IMG/VR virus record: IMGVR_UViG_3300024999_000014 | Location: 1-59,672 of that record | Length of the DNA stretch: 59,672 bases | Source of the DNA: a virus | Direction: 5' to 3' (one strand) | Part shown: piece by piece, positions 1-8,207 of the stretch | Numbering within the stretch: the first letter of the stretch is position 1 | How the letters are laid out: each line of letters opens with the position of its first letter | Made by a program: the position numbers and the translations under genes | Notes under the pieces: model-generated | The model's input: only the letters and a program-made list of their open reading frames with translations | Database searches by the model: none | Told to the model about the DNA's origin: nothing

Positions 1-105
1 TGCTGCTGGTGTACCCGGCTTGCCTGGAATGTCCGGTGCTGCTGGTGTACCCGGCTTGCCTGGAATGTCCGGTGCTGCTGGTGTACCCGGCTTGCCTGGA
101 ATGTC
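1..105. repeat. 36-bp in-frame tandem repeat (2.9 copies) inside the tape measure gene
   Basis: Unit tgctgctggtgtacccggcttgcctggaatgtccgg at 1-36, 37-72 and 73-105 (last copy 33 nt). The same unit occurs at 59510-59672. Confidence 0.95.
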
Positions 106-367
106 GAAATGGTTACCGGGTACCGGATTTAGTGATACAGGGCGTACGCTGGCTGCTTCGGACGTTCGAAATATCGACAGCGCACGAACTACTAAAGAAC
201 CCAGCCGTAAAATATCCATAGGCAAACTTTTTGACAGCCTAACCGTACACGGCACTAAAGACATGGACGAAGAAAAACTAGCCAACGTCATAATAGACAA
301 GCTACATGATAAACTTACCGGAGCTGCGGACATCTTAGGCAGCGCAGATATGGGGGTATTACTATGA
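1..367 (+). CDS. tail tape measure protein, C-terminal end (continuation of 57873..59672 across the circular junction; partial in window)
   Basis: Frame is open from base 2 and translates to (GAAGVPGLPGMS)n, identical to the repeat at the window end. Stop TGA 365-367 overlaps the ATG of the next gene (ATGA). Confidence 0.8.
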   Translation, partial: AAGVPGLPGMSGAAGVPGLPGMSGAAGVPGLPGMSKWLPGTGFSDTGRTLAASDVRNIDSARTTKEPSRKISIGKLFDSLTVHGTKDMDEEKLANVIIDKLHDKLTGAADILGSADMGVLL

Positions 368-1035
368 TACGAGGGGTAAACGTCGATATTACCATACGAA
401 ACAGTGATACGGGCGCTTACCTACGTATTCCAGTAGTACCGGAAATCCTGGAGTACAAAGAAGGCGACGCCCTAGCGGATACCGTAAAAATTATTAACCT
501 GGGTAACGTAGATTATCCGAATGGTGTAGACCTGGATACGCTGGGCTGGAGTTCCTTTTTCCCAGCCCGTTACGATCCGTCTTACTGCGCTACCCGGTCA
601 TTACTTAAGCCTACGGCGTATAAGGATAAGCTGAAAGCCTGGAAGGATGCCGGAACGAAACTACAGCTAGTATGTCCGGCGGCTGGCATAAATAAACCCA
701 TGTACCTAAAAACGTTTACCTGGACACTTAAAGGCTTTGAAGGAGATATTTACTACCAGGTATCCTTCACAGAAATAAAGACCGTAGCTATTAAGAAGAT
801 AGCGACGGCAGCTATCGCGGTATCAAGTAAGCCGACCCCGGAACAAAGGCCGCCAGCCCCGGCGCCTGAACCAGCCCCTACTAAAACGTATACCGTAAAG
901 TCCGGCGATTGCTTAAGCCGCATAGCTAAGGCTAACGGGTACAGCGACTGGCACACTATCTACGACGCTAATGTTAGCGTTATAGGCAGTAACCCTAATC
1001 TGATATTCCCCGGCCAGGTGTATACGTTACCATGA
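364..1035 (+). CDS. LysM-domain tail protein (XkdP-like)
   Basis: C-terminal LysM motif YTVKSGDCLSRIAKANGY...NLIFPGQVYTLP after a Pro-rich linker. Sits directly after the tape measure as in PBSX. Start overlaps the upstream stop. Confidence 0.8.
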   Translation: MIRGVNVDITIRNSDTGAYLRIPVVPEILEYKEGDALADTVKIINLGNVDYPNGVDLDTLGWSSFFPARYDPSYCATRSLLKPTAYKDKLKAWKDAGTKLQLVCPAAGINKPMYLKTFTWTLKGFEGDIYYQVSFTEIKTVAIKKIATAAIAVSSKPTPEQRPPAPAPEPAPTKTYTVKSGDCLSRIAKANGYSDWHTIYDANVSVIGSNPNLIFPGQVYTLP

Positions 1036-2135
1036 CGCTAGACATACAGCTTAACAGTCAAAGCTTACGGGGCGTTTTATCGGGGCCGCCTAGCATATCA
1101 GACCAGCTTAACGGAGTATGCCGAAGTCTAGCGTTTACCGTAAAAAAAGTAGACGGCCTAGAGAATTATTTAGGGCAGCCTATCGAATTATGGTACGCTG
1201 GAAAACGCTGGTTTTTCGGCTTCATCTTCAAGAAAGGCATTACGGACGCTGGAGAATTCAGCTATACGGCGTACGACCCACTGTACTTTATGAAGAAGGC
1301 GCCCGGCGACTATTACATTAAGAACATGACGGCTACCCAGGGCTTTCTTTACCTGGCCGCGCAGGTAGGCATAGCTGTAGGGCCTATCGCCGGGACTAAC
1401 GTAGTATTCCCAGCCCTTTACTACCAAAACGCGGAAGCCGATAAGGTAGCTATTGATCTACTAGCCAGGACGTACCAGGCTAGCGGGGAAAAGTACTGGT
1501 ACCGTTTTGAACCAGGTACGGAGCATTTCGGCTTACAAGTATTCCCGCGAATTGTGCCTACGGAAATATGGGCCTTCCAGGTAGGCGTAAACCTTACGGC
1601 GGCTAATTATGAAGCCAGCATAGAGGAAACGGCGACCGTAGTACGTCTAGTAAACCGGGAAACCGGGAAGACCGTAACGAAAGTAAATACAGAAGCCATA
1701 AAAAGCTTCGGCAACTTGGTACATTTCGAAGAAGTAGACAAGGACGCCGCCGATACGATGGACGCGAAAGCCCAAACGCTGCTAGATAAGCTATCTGTTG
1801 TTAAGGCTACTATGAGCATAGAGGGTACTAATCCGTACCAAGCTATGCCCCAGCTTTACAGCGGCGACGTGATTTATGTCGAAGAAAGCGTTACGCAGCT
1901 TATCGGGGCCTATCATATCCTAAATGTTACGCAGACCTTTCTAAGTGACAACCTAGTAACCCTAGCCATGGATATACAGGAAGCGCCGGACATTCCAGTA
2001 ATTCAGTACGAGGACGCGACGACAGACCCGGCTACCAAAAGCGCTACGGCGAAAACAAAGGCCGGGACTGGGGTACAGGAAAACGCGCCGCATAGTGCCG
2101 CTGTAGACGAACTGATAACTAAGTACGGACTGTAA
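1032..2135 (+). CDS. tail/baseplate hub protein (XkdQ / late-control-D-like)
   Basis: 367-aa ORF, translationally coupled, in the Xkd-type order TMP-LysM-XkdQ. Confidence 0.55.
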   Translation: MTLDIQLNSQSLRGVLSGPPSISDQLNGVCRSLAFTVKKVDGLENYLGQPIELWYAGKRWFFGFIFKKGITDAGEFSYTAYDPLYFMKKAPGDYYIKNMTATQGFLYLAAQVGIAVGPIAGTNVVFPALYYQNAEADKVAIDLLARTYQASGEKYWYRFEPGTEHFGLQVFPRIVPTEIWAFQVGVNLTAANYEASIEETATVVRLVNRETGKTVTKVNTEAIKSFGNLVHFEEVDKDAADTMDAKAQTLLDKLSVVKATMSIEGTNPYQAMPQLYSGDVIYVEESVTQLIGAYHILNVTQTFLSDNLVTLAMDIQEAPDIPVIQYEDATTDPATKSATAKTKAGTGVQENAPHSAAVDELITKYGL

Positions 2136-2148
2136 GGAGGGCTGGAAA

Positions 2149-2691
2149 CTGGAAAAGACAGATAAAAGCGTAGACTTACTTAAGGTTATACGCGGCCCAG
2201 GTAACCAAACGGGGCTAAAGATTATCAAGGTTGAAACGACAGACCCAGCCCCCATTACGTTTACCTTTGAGGGAACGGCGCAGGCTATCGACTTAGGGAT
2301 ATTCGAAGTCCCGGTAGACTTCTACCCATTAAAAAAAGGCGACAGGCTACTAGCCTATCCGTTATTAGACAAGGAAGCTAGCCAGCGCTGGGGCGTACTG
2401 CAGAAAATAAATGGCGGTATTACCCTAGCGACTATGGCCGGGGCTACCAGCTTAAACGTAGCGGGTGTGGATAAGACTTACGGAGCTGACGACCTGCTAA
2501 TACCGCCGTACTTTGCCGTAGGCAGTGCTAGCAGCGTGTATAGTGACAGCTACACGGGTAAACAAAGCGACGCCTACCTACTAAGCGACGACATACGGCC
2601 CCTAAAGGCTGGGGATACCGTTAGCATAGCCCCGTATTGGGACGCTGCAGCAAGTAAGGTAAAGTACGCTATTCTGGAATTGTATAGTTAG
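2149..2691 (+). CDS. baseplate-associated protein (XkdR/DUF2577-like), probable CTG start
   Basis: Frame is open and protein-like from 2140. There is no ATG/GTG/TTG before 2434. SD taaggaggg (2133-2141) lies 7-8 nt before CTG 2149. Confidence 0.55.
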   Translation: MEKTDKSVDLLKVIRGPGNQTGLKIIKVETTDPAPITFTFEGTAQAIDLGIFEVPVDFYPLKKGDRLLAYPLLDKEASQRWGVLQKINGGITLATMAGATSLNVAGVDKTYGADDLLIPPYFAVGSASSVYSDSYTGKQSDAYLLSDDIRPLKAGDTVSIAPYWDAAASKVKYAILELYS

Positions 2692-2703
2692 GGGGTGGGA
2701 TAG

Positions 2704-3135
2704 ATGGCAACGGATAAGCGCAAAACGCCCGTTTTCGACTGGGCTAACGGCGAATTCTTAGCGGACTTTCAGGGCGGCGTAGTCCTAGCCACTGGAAGTA
2801 AAGCAGTAGAGCAGGTAATTATAAAAGCCCAGCAGACTAGACGGGGAATTTTCTTGATATATGCTGACGTCGAAAACCCGACCCTAAACCATAAGTACGG
2901 AAGCGACGTACACGATATAGCCGTACGGCAGGACATAAGCGACGAAGTAAGGATAAGTGAGATAAAAAGAGCCGTACGGGAAGCGCTTATATTCGACGCC
3001 TGGGTAGAAGACGTAACAGACATAGAAGTTTATAAAGAACGGGATACGGACGGCGTTCTAAAAGACTTCGTTAAGTACAACGTAAAGACCATATACGATA
3101 ATGTAAGCGTAGAGGGGGTGGCAGTAGATGGGTAG
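2704..3135 (+). CDS. baseplate protein (XkdS/DUF2634, gp25/W-like position)
   Basis: 143-aa ORF with SD gggggtggg, immediately upstream of baseplate J. Confidence 0.5.
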   Translation: MATDKRKTPVFDWANGEFLADFQGGVVLATGSKAVEQVIIKAQQTRRGIFLIYADVENPTLNHKYGSDVHDIAVRQDISDEVRISEIKRAVREALIFDAWVEDVTDIEVYKERDTDGVLKDFVKYNVKTIYDNVSVEGVAVDG

Positions 3136-4270
3136 CAGGCCTACGTTTGTACCAGTATTTGAGGAAACAGAAACCGTGATAAGAGAACGAATGTTAGCGC
3201 GGATATCTGACGAATGGAGAAAAGAACCGGGCGACTTTATTCACGACGCGGTAGCGCCTTCGCCCCTGGAAATAAAGCAGCTGCAAATTAACCAGGACTA
3301 TATACTAAAAAATGCCTTTTCCCAATACGCGGAAGATGAGTATATGGACTTAGCCCTGGCAGACGCTGGACTAACGAGGGAGCTAGCCACGGCTAACCAG
3401 CGCAGCCTTACAGTCGTTGGCGAACCGGGGGTAAGGATATCGAAAGACTATACACTGACTACGGTTGTGTTAGATACGGAAGGAAACCCCCTGGAGTACA
3501 AGACAGACGTAGAGGTAATATTCGGGGTAGATACTACAACCCTAGACCTACCCTTGACATGCCAAACGCTGGGTACAATTGGTAACATAGCGGCAGGCAG
3601 TCAGTTTATTCTTAGGCCGCCTATTCCAGGCATAAAGAGTATAACCGATACCGGAACTACGATAGCCGCCCGTGACCAGGAAACCGACCTGGAAGCTTGG
3701 GAACGCCTTGATTTTAAGCGCCAGAACCCGGACACTGGGGGTAATAAAAACGACTACGTACGCTGGGTACAGGACAACGTAAACGGAGTAGGTAAGGCGC
3801 TATGTATTCCCCGCTGGGATGGTAACGGTACAGTAAAGTTAATCATTGTAGACGACGCTTACGAACCAGCCAGCGAAGTCTTAGTAGGGCAGACGCAGGA
3901 CTATATAGACCCGCTAGCATACCAGGGGCTAGGCTACGGTAAAGCCCCCTGCGGCGCGTCTGTTACGGTAGAATCGGCTACGTCGAAACCCATAGATATT
4001 ATAGCTACTTTAAGCTATAGCGTAGGCGCTGACGCGGCGGTAGTTAAGGCGGCCTTCGAAACGGCGCTAACCGCGTACTTAAAAAGCATAGTTTTCGAGA
4101 CTGACCCGAATACTGGAAACCTCTACCCGGTGGCGTACAACAAAGTAGGGGCGCTGCTAAGTACTACCCCAGGCGTGGAAGACTACAGCGACCTTACCCT
4201 AAACACTGGGGGCGTAAACATACCGCTAGTACCCTATGAAGTGGCTATTTTGGGGACGGTGACGTTTTAA
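3128..4270 (+). CDS. baseplate J-like protein (XkdT-like)
   Basis: 380 aa, overlapping start. Size, position and N-terminal RERMLARISDEW-type sequence are typical of the Baseplate_J family. Confidence 0.7.
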   Translation: MGSRPTFVPVFEETETVIRERMLARISDEWRKEPGDFIHDAVAPSPLEIKQLQINQDYILKNAFSQYAEDEYMDLALADAGLTRELATANQRSLTVVGEPGVRISKDYTLTTVVLDTEGNPLEYKTDVEVIFGVDTTTLDLPLTCQTLGTIGNIAAGSQFILRPPIPGIKSITDTGTTIAARDQETDLEAWERLDFKRQNPDTGGNKNDYVRWVQDNVNGVGKALCIPRWDGNGTVKLIIVDDAYEPASEVLVGQTQDYIDPLAYQGLGYGKAPCGASVTVESATSKPIDIIATLSYSVGADAAVVKAAFETALTAYLKSIVFETDPNTGNLYPVAYNKVGALLSTTPGVEDYSDLTLNTGGVNIPLVPYEVAILGTVTF

Positions 4271-5257
4271 ATGACGAGTGTACGTACCGTAAGAATGATA
4301 GAAAGTTCCCCGGACTACTACGAGGAAAGCGCCGTATTTGAGGGGATACAGGACGCCGTAGCCCAGGATTACGACCTACAGGAAGTAAGCGACGCCGACC
4401 TGCAGAACCAGCTGTACGCTACGACTGCTACCTGGGGACTTAGGTACTGGGAAGGTGGTCTAGGCATACCCGTAAAGGAAAGCGATAGCTACGAAGAACG
4501 CCGGGGCCGCGTTATCGCTAAGCTTATCGGAGAAGGAAACTTTAGCGCTAAGCTGCTGCACTCCCTGGCACAGGGTTACGGACAGACCATACGGGTAGCT
4601 ATTAACCCAGCGGCGTTCCTGGTTACCGTAACTTTTATGCAGGGCATACCGCCATTTCTGGAAGCCTACCAGGACGCCGTAGAAAACTTAGTCCATGCCC
4701 ATTTAGGCGTAGAATACAAGTTTGAATACTACGTAAACTTCGGGGCTTCTATAACCTCAGACTACGCCAGGTATGTGTACGACATACCTTTTACGGCGGC
4801 TTTTTTAACAGGTACCTATCCAAGTATCGCCGTACTAGGCCAGCAGTACGCCAGCAGCTTACCTATTAGCAGCGAAGAGTTAACCGTATCCCAGGACTTA
4901 GACTACTGCGGTACCCAGCCCTTCGTAGCTGTAGACGGGTGGCAGTATACAAGTGCCTTAGAGATAAGCCCGGAAGTAATACCTGTAGTACAGGATATGC
5001 AGGTAGCTAGCGAATTATTCTACGGCGGTACGTATCCTTATGTAGTGACAGGGGGAATGCAGTATGTGAGCGCTAGTAATATGACTACCGAAGAATTAAC
5101 GGTAGCCCAGGACTTACCTTACAGCGGTACGCTGCCTTATGTAGCTGTAGACGGGCGGCAGGTGGATAGCGGTATAAGTGCAGGTACCGAAGAAACGGCG
5201 GTAGAACAAAGCCTAGTTTACTGCAACACGGTTTATAGTGGGGGTGTGACAATATGA
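4271..5257 (+). CDS. XkdU/DUF2313-like tail protein with C-terminal internal repeats
   Basis: N-terminal about 175 aa resembles YmfQ/XkdU. The C-terminus carries 4 repeats of about 33 aa, GT.P[YF]V[AV]V.G.QY.S (nt 4811-5245). Confidence 0.55.
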   Translation: MTSVRTVRMIESSPDYYEESAVFEGIQDAVAQDYDLQEVSDADLQNQLYATTATWGLRYWEGGLGIPVKESDSYEERRGRVIAKLIGEGNFSAKLLHSLAQGYGQTIRVAINPAAFLVTVTFMQGIPPFLEAYQDAVENLVHAHLGVEYKFEYYVNFGASITSDYARYVYDIPFTAAFLTGTYPSIAVLGQQYASSLPISSEELTVSQDLDYCGTQPFVAVDGWQYTSALEISPEVIPVVQDMQVASELFYGGTYPYVVTGGMQYVSASNMTTEELTVAQDLPYSGTLPYVAVDGRQVDSGISAGTEETAVEQSLVYCNTVYSGGVTI

Positions 5258-5547
5258 TAACCGCGAATGGCCTAACCAGTATGGCTACAGCTATTAAGAA
5301 TCTGATAGCCAAAGGTACCTACACGATAGGGGGCGTAACGAAAGACGTCGCCGTACTAAATACGGAAGTCGTCGGGAATAAGCTTACCGTAAGGCTTTAC
5401 CTGGACGACAGCGTAAACGGTACGATAACCAAATTCCAGCTGGTGGGATATGACGCTACGGTATTAGCCGATAGGCCGGATAACGTCATAAAGCCCGCGC
5501 TTAAAGGGCTTCTGGTGATATTCAATTTTACAATAAGTGAGGTGTAA
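5254..5547 (+). CDS. hypothetical tail-fibre module protein
   Basis: 97-aa ORF coupled by ATGA overlap. Confidence 0.5.
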   Translation: MITANGLTSMATAIKNLIAKGTYTIGGVTKDVAVLNTEVVGNKLTVRLYLDDSVNGTITKFQLVGYDATVLADRPDNVIKPALKGLLVIFNFTISEV

Positions 5548-5550
5548 ACT

Positions 5551-6039
5551 ATGGCAGACTACACGCCGTTATTATGGCAAGATCACATAGTAGATCAGTT
5601 CGATGTTATCGTACAACAAGGTACGCCCGTATCGGCGCTGAACCTTAACCGCATGGAAGACGGCATAGACTTTTCCCATGACTATATCGGCGGCATGCTG
5701 GTAGTAGCCCTACAAGCAATAGCGGCGCTGCAGAACGAAAACAAGGCCCTGTATAACCAGCGATTACTACAGGGGCAAGCGACTATTAGTAGCGCTGGCG
5801 GTACCTACTTCAATACGGCGTATCCTTACGTACTGGTAAGCTTACCAGCTACAGCCTACAGCCTACTTAATTCGCCGAACTACGAAGTAGTCCTGGAAGT
5901 ACTAAGCGCTGACGACTTAGGAAAAGTAGGGATGCTTACGGCGTTCGAAAAAGCCCAAAACGGGTTTAAAGTACAGTGTACGGGCAGCGCTACCAGCGTT
6001 ACTTTTATGTGGACTATCGTAAATCCGAACGTAAAATAA
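5551..6039 (+). CDS. short tail-fibre-like protein
   Basis: N-terminal W.D......GTPVSALNLNRMEDGI motif, common at fibre N-termini of Firmicute phages. SD gtgaggtg. Confidence 0.5.
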   Translation: MADYTPLLWQDHIVDQFDVIVQQGTPVSALNLNRMEDGIDFSHDYIGGMLVVALQAIAALQNENKALYNQRLLQGQATISSAGGTYFNTAYPYVLVSLPATAYSLLNSPNYEVVLEVLSADDLGKVGMLTAFEKAQNGFKVQCTGSATSVTFMWTIVNPNVK

Positions 6040-6054
6040 GGGGAGGGTAAAAGC

Positions 6055-6429
6055 ATGATTATTCAAAATGTAAACGGTGGGCCTAAAGCTGTGTGTAGCT
6101 TAAACGGGACTGTGCTTACCGTAGAAGTACCGGGCGTAGACAGCCTGACTATGGACTTACAGCCCAAACAGACCGACGTACTAACTAAGATTGACGTGTC
6201 ATTAGGCCGGGATTACACGAAGCTAGCCGAAGGCGTAGGAAGCTGGTACGTAGCCCATGTAACCCTACCGCCCGTAGAGCAGGAACTTCACGAAACCGAC
6301 CAGCTGGACGCTGATGGAACGCCCATCATGACGCTGGTAACTATGCCCCTAGACATGAACAACGTAGTAGTACACCTTTGGGGCCTACCAGAAACAGCCG
6401 CAGTAACTGACAACGGAGGTATCGAATAA
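6055..6429 (+). CDS. hypothetical protein (fibre module)
   Basis: 124-aa ORF with SD ggggaggg. Stop overlaps the start of the next gene. Confidence 0.5.
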   Translation: MIIQNVNGGPKAVCSLNGTVLTVEVPGVDSLTMDLQPKQTDVLTKIDVSLGRDYTKLAEGVGSWYVAHVTLPPVEQELHETDQLDADGTPIMTLVTMPLDMNNVVVHLWGLPETAAVTDNGGIE

Positions 6430-7487
6430 TGGCATTTGTATTTAGCATTAAAGACACTTACAGGCAGGCCGTAGAAGCTGCTACCGGAGGAAAGAACACG
6501 GTAATGTACGACGATAAGGGTAACCCTTCGATCATGGTAGCGATACCCAGGTTTAACATTTCAGACGTAATAACCGGGGGAGCGAACACGCCGCACCCTG
6601 CATTTATCGTAAACGGGGTAACGAAAGACGTTATCTACGTAAGTAAATATCAAAACATCGTAAGTGATAGCCGGGCGTACTCTATCCCTTCACAAAATCC
6701 CGCCGCGTCTTTGACCTTCGACAACGCCCTAACCTACAGCAAGAATAAGGGCGTCGGCTGGCACCTTATGACCAATGCGGAATGGGCAGCTATCGCCCTG
6801 TGGTGCAAGAAAAACGACTTCATGCCACGCGGTAACAATAACTACGGCGCCGACATCGGGGCAGCCTGGGAAAAAGGTAAGATGATGACCAATTCAGCGG
6901 GCCAGACCAACGCGGTAGCTACTGGAAGCGGTCCGAAGTCCTGGGCACACGACAATAGCAACGAAGGTATATTTGACCTTAATGGAAATGTGAACGAATG
7001 GGTAGGCGGCCTACGCTTACAAGCCGGGGAAATTCAAGTACTGCGCGACAATAACGCGGCTGACAACCTTAAGGACCAAAGCGCTATCTCTGCTGAGTGG
7101 AAAGCGCTGGCCGCGGCTGACGGGGCCTACGTTGAACCTGGAACTATTGATACCTTAAAATGGGACTTCGTAGCTGCTAAAATCCAGCTAGCCAAAGCGA
7201 TCACGGTACAGGCAGACGCTAGCCGTACTAACACGTTTGAAACTACTACGGCAGAAGCTACGGTAGTCGTACCTGAAATTATGAAGGCGCTTGCTTTGCA
7301 CCCTGTAGACAACGCGCACGGCGGCGACTCCCTCTATATGAACAACGGGGCAGGCTTAGAACGGCTGCCGTATCGTGGCGGCTACTGGAACTACACTACG
7401 AGCGCTGGCGTGTTCCACTTGAACTTGAACACCCCGCGCACGATTGTGAACACGATCCTTGGGTTCCGGTGCGCTTACGTTGGTTAA
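6429..7487 (+). CDS. DGR target protein: receptor-binding fibre protein with C-terminal FGE-sulfatase/C-type-lectin-fold variable domain
   Basis: GWHLMTNAEWAAIALW and C-terminal RGGYW....GFRCA signature. The last 37 codons before YVG-stop are the VR. Confidence 0.85.
   Translation: MAFVFSIKDTYRQAVEAATGGKNTVMYDDKGNPSIMVAIPRFNISDVITGGANTPHPAFIVNGVTKDVIYVSKYQNIVSDSRAYSIPSQNPAASLTFDNALTYSKNKGVGWHLMTNAEWAAIALWCKKNDFMPRGNNNYGADIGAAWEKGKMMTNSAGQTNAVATGSGPKSWAHDNSNEGIFDLNGNVNEWVGGLRLQAGEIQVLRDNNAADNLKDQSAISAEWKALAAADGAYVEPGTIDTLKWDFVAAKIQLAKAITVQADASRTNTFETTTAEATVVVPEIMKALALHPVDNAHGGDSLYMNNGAGLERLPYRGGYWNYTTSAGVFHLNLNTPRTIVNTILGFRCAYVG
7365..7475 (+). repeat. DGR variable repeat (VR)
   Basis: 111 nt collinear with TR 7940-8050. 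9 mismatches, all at TR adenines. In frame, begins on a codon boundary. Confidence 0.95.
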
Positions 7488-7571
7488 CTGTTATCTGATA
7501 AACTGAATATCTGCGGGGGTGAGCGATAGCGAACCCCTCCCCAAAAATTGCGGTAACGAAAGGCTACGGTA

Positions 7572-7913
7572 ATGGAAGAATTTAAGATACTACAGAAGAC
7601 CTACGACATGATAATCTACGGTAGCCTTTGCTTGAAACAATTTCCTAAGTCTGAAAAGTACGCGCTTGCTTCGGATATTAAGCGTTCTATGTATAGCTTG
7701 CTTCGACTTATCATATCGGCGAACAAGCACTACTACAAAAAGACTACAATACAGGAAATTGACGTAGAACTAGACACATTACGTACGTTTATCCGTTTAG
7801 CAGCCGACCAAAACACGCGTTATTTAGCTATGAACAAGTACGAGAACTGGGCCAAACTATTGAACGAGTTAGGCCGTATGGTGGGCGGCTGGATAAAAAG
7901 TATTAAGCAGTAA
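7572..7913 (+). CDS. avd: DGR accessory variability determinant (four-helix-bundle, 23S rRNA-IVS protein family)
   Basis: 113 aa with FPKSEKYALASDIKRS motif. Positioned between target gene and TR. Confidence 0.85.
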   Translation: MEEFKILQKTYDMIIYGSLCLKQFPKSEKYALASDIKRSMYSLLRLIISANKHYYKKTTIQEIDVELDTLRTFIRLAADQNTRYLAMNKYENWAKLLNELGRMVGGWIKSIKQ

Positions 7914-7939
7914 TCCATATGGGGTACAGTCCTTATTAA

Positions 7940-8050
7940 CTGCCGAATCGTGGCGGCAACTGGAACAACACTACGAACGCTGGCGTGTTCAACTTGAACT
8001 TGAACAACCCGCGCACGAATGTGAACACGAACATTGGGTTCCGGTGCGCT
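7940..8050 (+). repeat. DGR template repeat (TR)
   Basis: Non-coding copy of the VR with 29 adenines. Read in the VR frame it holds 12 AAC/AAT codons. Confidence 0.95.
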
Positions 8051-8207
8051 CTACCTCAAAATACCCGCCAGTAGTGGCTTCCTTACGGGGCAGCTTCCAG
8101 GCAACCGAGGTAAAGGGGAATGTATCCCTACCGAAAGGTAAAAAATAAAACTTACGGCGTATACAGTCTAGTAGGGAATTACCGAACGCTGTAAAGCGCC
8201 TATTTTA

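Noticed and set aside
9-221. The alternative-frame ORF 9..221 (MYPACLECPVLLVYPACLEC...) across the TMP repeat.
   Set aside because: It is an artefact of the tandem repeat being open in several frames. The GAAGVPGLPGMS frame is continuous with the TMP body at both window ends.
7511-7540. A hairpin downstream of the VR (ggggt 7516-7520 / acccc 7533-7537), considered as the DGR cruciform/targeting element.
   Set aside because: It has only a 5-bp stem with a 12-nt loop, which is too weak to call from sequence alone. It is mentioned only as a candidate.
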